From: Danionella cerebrum
Taxonomy: Eukaryota
Reading direction: 5' to 3'
NCBI GenBank assembly: GCA_007224835.1
Contig: SRMA01025353.1
Span: forward strand, 427,535-491,534
Length of the DNA stretch: 64,000 nucleotides
Shown: piece by piece, positions 1-11,549 of the stretch
How the letters are laid out: each line of letters begins with the position of its first letter
Position numbering within the stretch: the first letter of the stretch is position 1
Position numbers and translations under genes: made by a program
Notes under the pieces: model-generated
The model's input: the letters and a program-made list of their open reading frames with translations, nothing else
Databases searched by the model: none
Told to the model about the DNA's origin: nothing

Positions 1-106
1 TGATAAAAGACACTTGACTCTTTTCTCCAGCCTCTGGGAGCACTGGGAAAAGACCGTTCTTTCTCTCCTGAGCCCAAAACAGAAACAGCTTCTGACTGTT
101 TTTGTT

Positions 107-295
107 TCAGGAGTAAAAGGCTCTTGATAAACCGACACCAGCCACAGTCCACTCCTTATGAAGCTCTCCCGGATTCTCTGTGAGCATTAGCTTCTTTTGC
201 AATTGCCCTTTGAAACTTTTGCCCTTGTGGAAGGTGTCAATGTTGGTCTTCTGCGCATCCACCGAGTCAGCAGTCTTTTGCATGATGAAATACAT
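107..295 (-). other. Unassigned 62-aa ORF (MQKTADSVDAQKTNIDTFHKGKSF...). Could be a terminal or first exon of an unidentified minus-strand gene extending beyond the window start.
   Basis: ORF track only. An in-frame TAA immediately upstream of the first ATG. No phase-compatible acceptor for ZNF gene 1. No family recognised. Confidence 0.15.
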
Positions 296-594
296 GAATT
301 AGCTGACTAGATTGAGACACGGAGTCTTCATAATATTCTACATTTTTATATATTTAGTGAAATATTGTTCTTTAATTCATAATAACATTAAAGGCTTGAA
401 ATAATTCACTTCGTGTCTACTAAATGAATATAACATACAATGTAAACTTATGTAAGCACACTACTGGGAAAAATTGACTTTCCATTCAGTATTGATTTTT
501 TTTTGGGGCACATAGTAGTAAAAACATTTCATGGTTTGTAAACTCTCAGTAGTGGACCATGATGAGTTCTAGCTTCCGATTGTGCACCTCATCA

Positions 595-662
595 TCACAG
601 AGTCTTTGTCAGAATCTCCTTCACTCTTGTCTTCGTAGAACTGGCAAAGATTAGCACATGTC
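595..662 (-). CDS. ZNF gene 1, terminal coding exon (short tail ...GHVLIFASSTKTRVKEILTKTL*)
   Basis: Strong acceptor ttatttttgttattcctgcag|GA on the minus strand (AG = plus 663-664). Its phase 1 matches the upstream donor. Stop TGA at 595-597. Confidence 0.4.
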
Positions 663-802
663 CTGCAGGAATAACAAAAATAATGTCGTGTATTCCTTGA
701 AAGATGTGGACTTTCTTGAAAATATTAGCCCTCCGGCGCACACACACACACATACACAGATATATATATATTTATATAAATTCTGATAACGTTAACATTT
801 AC

Positions 803-1507
803 CATGTTTCATCCGAAGGTGCTTTAGAAGGGCTGACGTTGTGTACTCTTTGCGCCCGCGAGAAATGACGGCCATACACATAAGGCACACTGCTTTGCTA
901 CAATCTCCCTCTTTCAGAGAGAAATACTTCCATACTGGGCTTGATTTGGCAACCGTCCTCTTTTGCATTTCGCAGCATTTACTGCTACAGTTTGTCCTGT
1001 TGCTACAAAGTATGTTGTGATACGAAACGTGATTATCCTCAAGAGATGAACTGCAGTGCTGAAAGGCTAAGGGAGGAATGTCAGCGTTGGTGTATGTTTG
1101 CTGAGTCGGGTGTTGAGTTCTGTAGACATCCGATATCCCTTGAGGCAAGTCTGGACATTGTGGAGACCAGTCCTGATACACATCTTCAGCACTTTGCATT
1201 TCATCTCCTGAACTTGAGTTCGAGTTTATGTATTCGACTTTAATTTTAGGGGCAAAATGAGAGTCCTCCACAGGAATCGTGTCATTGTTTTCCACAAACA
1301 CGTCCGAACTCTCGTTGGCTTTTGGTGGTGATTCTCTCTTTGCGTTGATGGAGTATCGAGGTTTTTCTGATTTGATGAGTGGGTGGAGCTCATCGTGCCT
1401 CTCACTCGGGTCCCCTGGGATCTCCTCAATGGTTTCTGGGTCTTCATTCTGACTACAGATCCATCCGGGGTGAATGGGGGAGATGGACTGATATGACTCC
1501 AAAGTAG
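803..1507 (-). CDS. ZNF gene 1, exon 2. A Ser/Pro/acidic region ending in a BED-type zinc finger (PVWKYF...CLMC...TTSALLKHLRMKH).
   Basis: Acceptor ttttttctttctttcttataag|CT (phase 1) joins in frame to the exon 1 donor. A BED C2H2 signature is present. Donor CATG|GTAAAT at 797-802 falls immediately after the last His of the finger. Confidence 0.6.
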
Positions 1508-1964
1508 CTTATAAGAAAGAAAGAAAAAAAATAAAGAATACTCTAAACATGAAATGTGTTAGCTATACGAATATCTGGAGCATCAACAGCAATAAACAAA
1601 ATGCAATTAATACCTTTCTCACAGCATTGAGCAGTCCACGTATATTTTAATTACATTTATTTAGCAAGCATTTCTCATGTTTTGTAAATACTTTTTAATT
1701 TATTTGACAATATTTTTTAGAAGTTAGTATCTTCCTTTGTTGCTGATAACATATACCAACTATTTGACCAGTCAACTCCCTATAATGACATTAAATATAG
1801 GTCAACTATTATTTAAACCTAATTTAAATAACATTTAACAAGGTTTTGTATATTCTAGTTTACCATACCATATATGCTTTTGGCTAGTTTTGGCTAATTA
1901 ACTCTTATAACAAAGATAACTCTATAACAAAGAATCTTATTTATTATTTACTCTGTAACGTGAA

Positions 1965-2185
1965 ATAACAAATAAGCATCTCGTTATTTAACCAAATAAC
2001 AATAAAGCATTTCATTATTTATGACGTGGTAACTAAATAATAATTATAAATAAAGCATTTCATTATTTATGACGTAGTAACTAAATAATAATTATAAATA
2101 AAGCATTTCATTATTTATGACGTGGTAACTAAATAATAATTATAAATAAAGCATTTCATTATTTATGACGTAGTAACTGTAATTT
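1965..2185. repeat. Minisatellite, about 4 tandem copies of a ~60-bp AT-rich unit (ataaagcatttcattatttatgacgtRgtaactaaataataattataa). Each copy has a TGACGT (CRE/ATF half-site) core.
   Basis: Direct reading. Near-identical units start near 1990, 2050, 2110 and 2160, alternating between TGACGTGG and TGACGTAG. Confidence 0.85.
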
Positions 2186-2517
2186 CAATCTAGGAACTAA
2201 AGCAAACAAAGCATCTCATTAATTATAACCCAGGAACTCGGAGAGAAACAGTCTCGTATTTTGTTTGACAAGTTCTTGTTTTGTTGTGACAGTAACAATA
2301 AGTTATTTTGTCGTTAACACGACTTACATATTTTGTAACTTATTTGCATAAGAAATAACGGCCAAGATTCGAGGATGATCGCTTTTATCTCGACCAGAGG
2401 CTCACTCAGACCGATACCAAAACAGACGCATGCAACACAACACGTGAATTAGACCAAGTATTTAAGAGCTAAACAACCACGATATTTCAAGCAAAAATAC
2501 TGCTTTAATCGTCATAC

Positions 2518-2697
2518 CAGCACTGGTGTCCATGGAGAAACAGCCGGTGTCTCGAAGCATTTCTTTAAGCCGCTGGTTTTCGCTCCTCACGCGCTCCGTT
2601 TCCTCCTCGTACTCGCGCACCGTTTTACCCACGGTGAAGAGGATCTCCTTCACCGCGGCCATCAGGCGCTCGGTCATAAACGAGTTCAGCCGGTCGA
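2518..2697 (-). CDS. ZNF gene 1, first coding exon. This is the fish-type N-terminal leucine-rich/coiled-coil domain (MTKLDRLNSFMTERLMAAVKEILFTVGKTVREYEEETERVRSENQRLKEML...).
   Basis: ATG at 2695-2697 (minus). Phase-1 donor GCTG|GTATGA at 2511-2517. Paralogous to the first exons at 11550-11739 and 14159-14348. Confidence 0.65.
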
Positions 2698-4512
2698 GTT
2701 TAGTCATTCTGCTGTTTAGTTGTGGCTTTATGGTTGAAATGATAGTGAATACAACAGGGAAAGTCCCCTTAAAATCAACCCGTTTGGTCAGTGTTGTTGC
2801 GCTGCCTGCTAAACTGTCTTCATCGCCCAACACAGGCCAGGAGGAGACACTGCAGGCCCTCAAGTAAAGCGATCGTATCAAATAGAACAAGAATTTAGAT
2901 CGAGTATATTAAAGTGTGTATTCTTTTTATTTAGGGAAAGTGAACACTTTTGAGCATCCCGAGGAAAAGTGTCCAGCAACGTCATCCTCAACGGTCGTTC
3001 AGTTGCCTAGTTACAAGCCTGTCAATCATACAGGTCAGATTCTCAACATTTGCTCTATCTATGTACAAGTTTATATATTGAAATATAGATTTATATATAT
3101 GCTGACTTGAAATGATTTGTCTTATAATACATGGCACTTTATATACCACTTTACAAAAGTCCTTTTGACACTTTTACCTGGTAAATGTTAAATATCTCAG
3201 ACTTCAAATGTATTATACAGACACAGTTCTTACATTTTCCTCACACAGTGATTTATCTTTCTTCCCTCTACTACCTCTAGATTTTTTTTGTTTACTTTTT
3301 TGTTACTTAGTCCCTTAGGATAAAAGGGTCTGCTAAATACATACATGTAAATATCTTTCCCTATGGTTTTTTTGTACCACTGATGTATCTAAAGAATATT
3401 TCCAATAAAGTAGCCAGCTATTTAAAAACTGAACATAAATGCATTAAAAAAATCTACATTTTATTTACTATGTCAACATTAAGGAGAAGTTAATTAAGGA
3501 GTTTTCATAATGGGTGCGTTCCTGAATAGTGGAACTGGACTGTGATTTAAAACCCAGAAGGCACAAAAGGTAAAATTCCCTTGTAAAGGCAATATATTTG
3601 TTCTTGTTCAAACGCAATGCTGAGTGTCTTTGCTTTGTGTTCTTATGTAAGAAAGATACTTTTTAGAACAAGTGATCCAATGTAATGTTAATATTGTATT
3701 AATTTGATTCTAAAATATTATCTATACATGTAAAAAAACAAATGCAATGTTTGCATCGAGCTTTTATTTATATGAACACATTACTTGAAACATCAGCTTT
3801 TGGTACTTTTTATCATATGTACAGTCCCTAAGCTAACAATATAATATAAATTCAACAAAAACCCACAGCCATTTTGCTCTAATAAGTCTCCTCTTGGTTC
3901 TCTAAAGCATCCAAATAATTTCAGCTTTGAACTGTATTGATTGAACTAGATTAAAAACAATTAATGTTGGGTTTGTTTATAGAGTTAAAACAACTTCAAA
4001 CAAACAAAAATTAAAGTAAAATTTGAGACCCTGGTACGTTCAAGTCTTGTAGACATTTTTCCAAGTCTCACAAACTCGATTAAACAGAATAGCATTCTTA
4101 GTTTGGAAGTTCGTCACAACTACTATTGTGTATCCAGGTCCCAGACCACAAAACACTAGAATCGGATTTGTAGACGACTTTAGGACGATTCCTATGCATT
4201 AATGGGTCTCCACTGTTGTCTGGAACAGATAAGGGCAAGAATCTGATATCGACTTGAGACTTTCTAATAATTTATGCACCATTCTAGCTTCCTTTTCAGT
4301 CACCAATGAAGAGCATAAAAACCATCTGTTCTCATTTGGATCAGTTGTCTCATCACAAGTGTGGGATTGTGAAAGTTGGGGTCTCTGTGAACCATTTACA
4401 AAGAACTTGATTTCTGACACTAAAAAATTATGAACAACAAAACTACTTTACATTCTATGACCAATTGGGAAAGGAAGCAAAAAAAAAAAAAACGTTTAAT
4501 TTCTCTACAAGT

Positions 4513-5706
4513 CTAAGACTTCTCTGAGATAATCTGATCTGGTTCATCATCATTGCGGTTTGTGGGTTCTTTAGATTCATTCTGGATGGTGTCGGTTGTG
4601 TCAGGAGCTTTTAAGGTAGAATCGCAGGAAAGATTTGTCCCCGCATCTGAACTTTCCTTTTGTTTGCTTGGGGATTCTTCTTTCTCATCATCATCTGAGA
4701 GGAGAACACATGTATTCAAGTTTTTCTGCAGCCTGTAAGAACTTATTTCCAACACGTCATCTTCAGTATCCGACAGAACATAACAATCTGAAGGACCGTG
4801 ATTCTCCATGATGTTAGAACAAGTTTCCTTTAACACTTCAACAAGCTCCTCATCATCCGAGAGGACGACACAGCTTGATTTCAGATCGTCCTTTTTCTCA
4901 GCAGCATCGGTATTCTTGAACCAAGACTCGAAATCACTGTTCTGTTTTAGAAGGGTTAAACGAATTGAGGAACTGGCTATTGAATCACTCTTTCCAGGAG
5001 AGTCTAGATGTTCGGATGGAGATGATCTGAAATCTTGATTTTCATCTACTTTACTCAACAACTGGTCTGAAGCACAGGGAAAACTACAGCTTATCTCCTC
5101 TTGGCGATGCTCTGGTGTACTTGGTTTAGATGTTTGATTGGTCTGTAAACTCTCCTTGGGGAGCTCCTCTGCTAAGGGAGAGTCATGCTGTGGGGAAGAA
5201 ACCACAACAGAGATTATCTCAGTTTTATGTAAAAAGTTGCAGCACATTTCAGGCATGTTTTCAACACCATGAGCAAAGCATTTATCCACTGCTTTGGAAT
5301 CCACGGAAGTTTCCGCTGATGTTTTTTCATCCCCAACCACCACGGAGGATATTTGATCATGATCAAAGACCCTTCTTTCAGAACCTCTTGATTTTAAGGC
5401 CTCAGGCAAAAAGCTCCAGTACTTGAGATCCCTTTCAACAGGTTCTAGAACAATCATGGGCTGCAAATTGAAGTCTTTCAAGTCGTAACTGGCTCTCTTG
5501 GCGTTTTTTGGAATTTTCTTGTCAAATGCCCCATATCCACCAATAACCAATTGTGGTAGGATCCCAGGTTTGGCAGCAATCTCTTGCGCAACAATATCAG
5601 GACTGCTTACGAGATTTTCAGGCTTTGAGTTGGATCCGCTGTTGTTTACATCCAAAGAGCTTGATTCATTCATGGTTTCTTCCAAACTTTCGCAGTTCAT
5701 TAGAGG
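4513..5706 (-). CDS. ZNF gene 2, terminal exon. A ~398-aa Ser/Asp/Glu-rich tail with three repeats of a SUMO-interaction-motif-like block (CVVLSDDEELVEVL, CYVLSDTEDDVLEI, CVLLSDDDEKEE).
   Basis: Acceptor ttttcccccaatgcag|CCT (AG = plus 5707-5708) in phase 0, matching the upstream donor. Long ORF to the stop at 4513. Confidence 0.6.
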   Translation of the reverse strand, partial: PLMNCESLEETMNESSSLDVNNSGSNSKPENLVSSPDIVAQEIAAKPGILPQLVIGGYGAFDKKIPKNAKRASYDLKDFNLQPMIVLEPVERDLKYWSFLPEALKSRGSERRVFDHDQISSVVVGDEKTSAETSVDSKAVDKCFAHGVENMPEMCCNFLHKTEIISVVVSSPQHDSPLAEELPKESLQTNQTSKPSTPEHRQEEISCSFPCASDQLLSKVDENQDFRSSPSEHLDSPGKSDSIASSSIRLTLLKQNSDFESWFKNTDAAEKKDDLKSSCVVLSDDEELVEVLKETCSNIMENHGPSDCYVLSDTEDDVLEISSYRLQKNLNTCVLLSDDDEKEESPSKQKESSDAGTNLSCDSTLKAPDTTDTIQNESKEPTNRNDDEPDQIISEKS

Positions 5707-5783
5707 CTGCATTGGGGGAAAACAGTGACAATGACTACGCTTCCAAAGTCATTCAAAGTAGTAAATTGTACTATGTACCGTAC

Positions 5784-6002
5784 CTCCTCCACCTCTAGAC
5801 CTGAGAGGTTACGATTAGGCACTTCTCCATAGAACAGTGGAATCCGTTGCCGATAATGATACGGTTTATCACCAGTATGATTCTGTAAATGAATCAAAAG
5901 TTCCATTTCCAAGGAAAACATTTTGCCACAAAGAGGGCAAGGAAGAAGCCCTTTGGTTCTGCTCTGCGATAACAACTTTACAAATTTGGCTTGTTTGGGG
6001 GA
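5784..6002 (-). CDS. ZNF gene 2, exon with a single C2H2 finger (PCPLCGKMFSLEMELLIHLQNHTGDKPY)
   Basis: Acceptor ttttcttttaacag|TCC (phase 0). Donor GAGGAG|GTACGG at 5778-5783. C-x2-C-x12-H-x3-H pattern. Confidence 0.6.
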
Positions 6003-6083
6003 CTGTTAAAAGAAAAGCGAAATAAATCAATGGAATGTGCAAGCTCATATTACATAACGTGATTTAATTTGTAAGACACACAC

Positions 6084-6386
6084 CGTTTCAGTTCTTCCTT
6101 CTTCTTCTTCTTCTTCCTCAGTCTCAATTCCTTTTTCAGTTTTCACGTCGTCAAGTTTAAATTTCCTCTTCCTCATACTACGTTTACCTCCCGTGTCAAA
6201 CATTTCTCTGATTGTAAGTTTCCCTAGATGTGCAGTTTGCAGAATATGCAATTTAGGCAAGTCCACAACACATCCTCGTAATTTGATATTTTTTGATTTT
6301 CCAGTTTTTAGTTTGAACTTCTTAGTGACGCTCTGCGCATCACATGTAGAGGTGTTGGATTCTTCAGCTGCTTGCTTCTCCGATGG
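6084..6386 (-). CDS. ZNF gene 2, basic/acidic linker exon (KKFKLKTGKSKNIKLRGC... ETEEEEEEEGRTET)
   Basis: Acceptor ttgattgacaag|CCA (phase 0). Donor GAAACG|GTGTGT at 6078-6083 (phase 0). No in-frame ATG, so it is an internal exon. Confidence 0.5.
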
Positions 6387-8377
6387 CTTGTCAATCAATA
6401 AAAAAGTCAAACGGGTTAGTACATAATTGTTATTGACTTTTTCATGCACCTGGAAGTCTTACGAAAAACCCCCTACTCATACCTGGTGTAGCGTTCTGGT
6501 GTGTGGTTCTGGTGATGCCTTTCCAGCAGATGCTTCTTTACTGTTGGGTAATTTCTCCACCAGTTCTTCTTTGCATGACTATGAGAAAGACAAATTTCCA
6601 ACCTCAATAAGAGCATGAACGTAAACAAAAACATAACTAATCAGAACAGAGTTTTGCGTAACATATCATCATTTCTTTTTATGTTTCCAAGTCTTCACGT
6701 GAAGCACTAGAGATTGAAGGTTTTCCAAAACAACAGAAGACAGAGGAACCTTGGTTGGTTTTAGAACAAGGAAAGGCATTCACCACCCACAACCTTTATC
6801 TGTAAACTAAAAAAAAAAAAAACTTTTTTGTATGAATCACCTCAATGGTTATTTTTTAATTGTAAATCTGCCAGACTCCATTATGTATTTATTAAAACTT
6901 TCTGTACTTACCAACCAAATTTAAGCCATTGATTAAAATGTAAATGAGAAATCTAATGGTGTCTGTTCACTTACTGACGTCTTGCTGCACCAAAATGAAT
7001 TTGGAGCCATCATTATTGTTATATACCAGTAAAACGAGATTTCCGCATTAGTCTAGAGCAAACACCCCAGATATTTTCAGAATTATTCATATAATGCACC
7101 TGAAAGCTATTCTTTTTTTCTTCACAGCCTCAATTTTTAAGCATGAAAGATGAAATATTCCCACTGACCATCCATTTCTATGTGGACAGGAAACAGATTG
7201 GAACTTCTTCACTGGCTCCTTGGGAGACTACGAGGAAGACCTATTTCCAATCTCGATAAAAGTATGCGTGATCAGAAATCTAATCAGAATTGCGCTGCAT
7301 GAAGATCCCTATCTCCGTCTGGATTTTCCTCTTTCCATTATCTTAGATACAATTTAGGATTGTGACACTTCATGTGAAGAAACCTCTTTGAGAGTTTTCT
7401 CACACTTTAGACAGTGGAATCTTATTTGTTGTTTCAAGGAACCCTCCCTATTCCTTCATCATTTTCAGTCTGTCCCTGAAACAAATCCAAGGCCAGTTGA
7501 TTAGAGGAGGAAAAGTACAGGTTGCAAAAAGTGTAGCATTCCCTGAACACAATGTGTTTTTTTTTTATCGATTCATCATTCCATAGTAAACTCTGTGTGC
7601 TTATAATGAAGGATTCCAAGACTCATGCACGTATTAGTTTAATAAAGCTCATTTAGCCACCCAGGAAAGAAAGGAGGGACTGAGAAGCTGGTTCCGACAA
7701 TCAATGGGTAGGATTGGACCCGCTATTAAGGACGTGGGTTATTAGGAAAACTGATTTAGGCCTAAAATCCAGATCGACTCCCCCCAAAACATGTCATGTA
7801 AACAGTCCTTAAAGCCATAATGTACAGAGGGCTCCTGGACCCAGCTCGGTCTAGACTGACGCCATCTTTCAGGAGGAAAATCCCAAAGGAATGGCTTCAG
7901 AAGAAAGCTACATGGAGGTGCACCCATCCAACATAATGGAGTGAGCCATACTGCTACGATAAATGGAAAAAAGCATTCTAGTGAGTAATTTTGGTTAGAC
8001 TCAAGAGTTGTGGATTAAAAATGTAAAACTTTTACCTCAAAAGTCCAAAGTAGAACACGAAGGACCATGAACGATACAAGAACGCAAATTAATCGGGATA
8101 TTCTTCAAATTATGAATTTGCCTAAATTTTAATTTAAAGCCACTCTTGAACATTTGTAGAATAAAACAGAAGTGCAGACTCAAATGCAAACAATGATATT
8201 TAGAAAACATTTAATAACAATCAAATCATGCACAGGCAGAACGGGTTTTTTTTTAACTGTGTACATTTTCTATTTGCCTGCATTTAATTTGCAACACATA
8301 TATATTGGCTGCGTTTCTGATTATAAAATCTTCCTCGTCTCACTTTCTCCTCCAAAACTTTCTGGTTCGACCTTCAC

Positions 8378-8629
8378 CATTTTAATGGGAGCTCTGCGTG
8401 AAATGTTGAAGGGTGTCCCGACTGCATAGCTCTGCCGTTTTCCCTCTAGGAAGGAACGTGGATGAACTTGTCTAAGGTGACTCCACAAATTAGTGGTGTT
8501 CCTCTGACCAGCATTGGTGGACCCCTGGCTAACTTTAGCAGAACATTCACGGCAGACAGCTTCTCCAAATAACCCTCTTGAAAAGTAGTCCCAAACTTTG
8601 CTATAACAACGTTTTGCCCGAAAGCCCAC
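8378..8629 (-). CDS. ZNF gene 2, BED-type zinc-finger exon (SKVWDYFSRG...AVCRECSAKV...NTTNLWSHLRQVHP)
   Basis: Excellent acceptor ttgtttatttttctcgcag|GTG (phase 0). Canonical BED signature W-x-F...C-x2-C...H-x4-H. The proposed donor ATG|GTGAAG at 8372-8377 is of moderate strength. Alternatively the ORF runs to a stop at 8321 and the downstream exons belong to a separate gene. Confidence 0.5.
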
Positions 8630-9444
8630 CTGCGAGAAAAATAAACAATATATAATATTTGCCATTTATCCAATAAAACTTTCTCATGTGTACCTAACTA
8701 ATTAAGTAAGCATTATTTTTGTAACGATTAAGGGTGCACTTCAAATTAAACAAACCTGATCAGAACACTGTGAACAGGAAAAGTGCTTGAATTACTGACG
8801 AATCTAAAGATCATGCTAACGCTTTTGTGAAATATCCATTATCTTCATACCTCGTTCAAAACATAAAAATATTTCACACATTTCAGCAGCAGAGAGGGTT
8901 TTTTTTTCCATTTCCATGTTGCTTAAAAAGGTTGCCCTGCTTAATAATGTGGAATACCTTCCTTAAATTGGGCTCATCTGGCAACCAGAGATGCACTGAA
9001 TAATAACCCCAGGTAAATTTTGATTGTGTTATTTTGAATGAACTTTTGTGTACAAGCTCTGTTTTGGACCTCAGACTCACCATCAATAGTGCTTCCACTT
9101 CAGATGTTGCTTTCTTGTTGCCATCGAAGACTGCCTGTTGCTGCAGGCTGATCCTAAAATAACTCCTTAGTATCCGACAAATCCCTAAACTAATAGCACA
9201 CCTATTTTGAACCAATGAAAACAAGCTGATCCCACTTTCAAGATATTGATCATTGTCCACTGATCAATCAGACTATTATTCTTAGGTGAAAGCATTTGAA
9301 CAATTGAAACAAAAAGACCATAAAAGAGCACTCTGATACATACATTATCATAATGTAGCATTTTACTTGTGAAAAATAGCGTACATGTAGACATGTACCG
9401 TATATTAATATACCATTTATGACAGAAAAACAAAAGTACAGTAC

Positions 9445-9813
9445 CTTGGGTACTTCTGTCTCCATGGTGGCAGCCTCATCAGTGGTCGATTGTGATGGAG
9501 TGCATTGGTTCATGTCGTGTTTATGGGTCCTCATGTGCATGGTAAACTGAGCATGCCCTGCAAGGGTCCGATCGGGGCACACTGGGCATTGCATGAGAGT
9601 ATAAAGTCTTTTTTTCCCTTTTCGACGGCGCTTAGATTTCGTCCCTGTAACATTGTACTTAATAAGAATGCTTTCCTTATTGTCAAAAGTCGTTTCATCT
9701 AACTTTTCTTGACCAACATCAGTGTATGCTTCAGGTGCTGTGGTATTATTTGTCTCCACAGAGTCATCCATCAAATCATCCTCATCGTGTTTGCTGTGAT
9801 CGTGATGCTGTGT
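9445..9813 (-). CDS. ZNF gene 2, exon 3. His/Asp-rich stretch, a basic KRRRKGKK patch and a degenerate C2H2-like finger (CPVCPDRTLAGHAQFTMHMRTH).
   Basis: Acceptor tttttttttttttttgcag|ACA (phase 0) fits the phase-0 donor of exon 2. Donor AAG|GTACTG at about 9439-9444 is weaker. Paralogous in layout to exon 2. Confidence 0.5.
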
Positions 9814-10148
9814 CTGCAAAAAAAAAAAAAACAACAACAATATAATACGCATTTTGATGATAATGCAAATGCAGAACTTTCTCTCAGACATTAATTTGTA
9901 TGGATGTATAGCTATGGAAATTTAAATTTTTTTAATTAATTATTTCCACTTTGGATTATTCATTTGTTTAGTTAATAAAAAAATTGTTATATTGTAACGT
10001 TTCTTAAATGGGTGGGTCATCCCTCCTATTTTTTTTTTTTTTTAGTCTTTTAAGCATTTTTACATGGTATGGACGACTAAATTCACATGAGCTTTTTGAA
10101 CCCACAATAAGGTTAGTAAAATATAAAAATCTACTAAACGTCACTCAC

Positions 10149-10588
10149 CTGTGAGAGCCCATATTTTTTTTTTCCTTTTCTACTATTTCCATAGAAGAAC
10201 GTCTTGCGCTCGCGGCATGTATATCGCGGACTATCGTTGGAATGGATCCGCATGTGAACCAGCAGTGTCTGCTTTTTTGCAAACACTTTTCCACAATCTG
10301 GACAAGCAAAGGACATCTTCTGTCGTGTGTTCTGCTCCTTCCAGAGCCTGAACCTGGAGGCTTGTAAGGAAAGATCATATTCCATAGGAGCCATGAAACT
10401 TTGAGCATTCTCTTGTGCCTTCATTAACGTGACCATGATTTCAGGTCCGCTTAGAGGGCGTACAGTCGAGTTATTTTCAATGTCAGCGACATCTGAATTC
10501 AGTTCAAATCTGGGGCTGGCAGGTCTTTCATCTTCGTTTGATGGACTAGTTTCCTCTGGGATGGGAATGGTTGGCTTTTCTGATGAAT
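10149..10588 (-). CDS. ZNF gene 2, exon 2. Acidic/Ser-Pro region plus one C2H2 finger (FACPDCGKVFAKKQTLLVHMRIH) and a basic KGKKKYG tail.
   Basis: Acceptor aaattttcag|AT (phase 1) joins in frame with the exon 1 donor. Consensus donor CAG|GTGAGT at 10143-10148. Confidence 0.65.
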
Positions 10589-11549
10589 CTGAAAATTTTA
10601 AATTTAAGACATTTAGATTGCAATCTCTGCTCATGAAACTGAATTTATGAGACTTCAGTCAAAATGTCTCCCAACTATTTTACCATTAGAGGTCATACAC
10701 TCATTGACCACTTTAATAGGTACACCAGTCTGCTCGTCAACGAAAATTTCTTAACAGCCAATCACATGGCAACAACCAAATTATTTCAGGCAAGTAGTTT
10801 AATCTGCTGCAGTTTAAACCAAGCAGGGAAGAAAGGTTACGGTAAAGCTATACATCTCATTGGCATAGGCCATAACTGAACATAATTAAATGTTTGTTCT
10901 TACAAATTATGTACATTCCTCTTCAACTTTGTGGACTGACAGTTTAATGATTTTAAAACCCAATGTTTGCAATTTTATAAATACTCTTGAAAGTAATTCA
11001 ACTCATTAAAAAAACGATTAAATTAATTTTACAATATAATGGAGTCACCGCCTATGGACATTAATGGGAATAAATAATAGAAAGTCTTAAAACGTTTAGC
11101 TATATCAAAGCATTACACGTGTAGAAAACTTTTGTCCTTATGTAACTTTCCTTTAATGTAACATTGTATGTTTGTTGTTTGTAATTTAAAAAAAAAATAA
11201 CGTTGTATATTTTCGAAAGTGTAATCAAAGTCATCCGAATAGCGCGCCATTTTGGCCGCGCATGCGCATTAACAATAATTACGTCTAATTTTATTAATGC
11301 CTCTTAAAGCATTTAAATACAATGTCATTTCACTTAGAACGTAAAATACTTCTGTTTAAATGTAATGTCTATATTTTTGCTGGGATCACCATTAATTTAA
11401 GCTAAAGTGTTCTATTACCACTACAATGATCAAACGGCTAGTAATGGCCGCTGTTAACAAACGTCTTCCCGAGGAATCGTCACAACATGCCATCATTTCA
11501 GCGCACCTTTCTATATAAAAACTAAATATATCTAATTGTATTAAGTTAC

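Noticed and set aside
792-1502. ORF-track start codons (e.g. 1502, 5975, 11766, 14372, 22851) treated as Met
   Set aside because: The underlying codons are TTG or GTG. For a eukaryotic gene I placed starts only on genuine ATGs, or treated the ORF as an internal exon.
1965-2185. Regular ~60-bp direct repeats resembling a CRISPR-like array at first glance
   Set aside because: The context is eukaryotic. The units are contiguous with no unique spacers, so it is a minisatellite.
8446-8673. 75-aa minus ORF overlapping the BED exon in another frame, and similar overlapping ORFs at 4553-5728 and 10145-10408
   Set aside because: Frame-shifted shadows of the real exons. They lack domain signatures and splice continuity.
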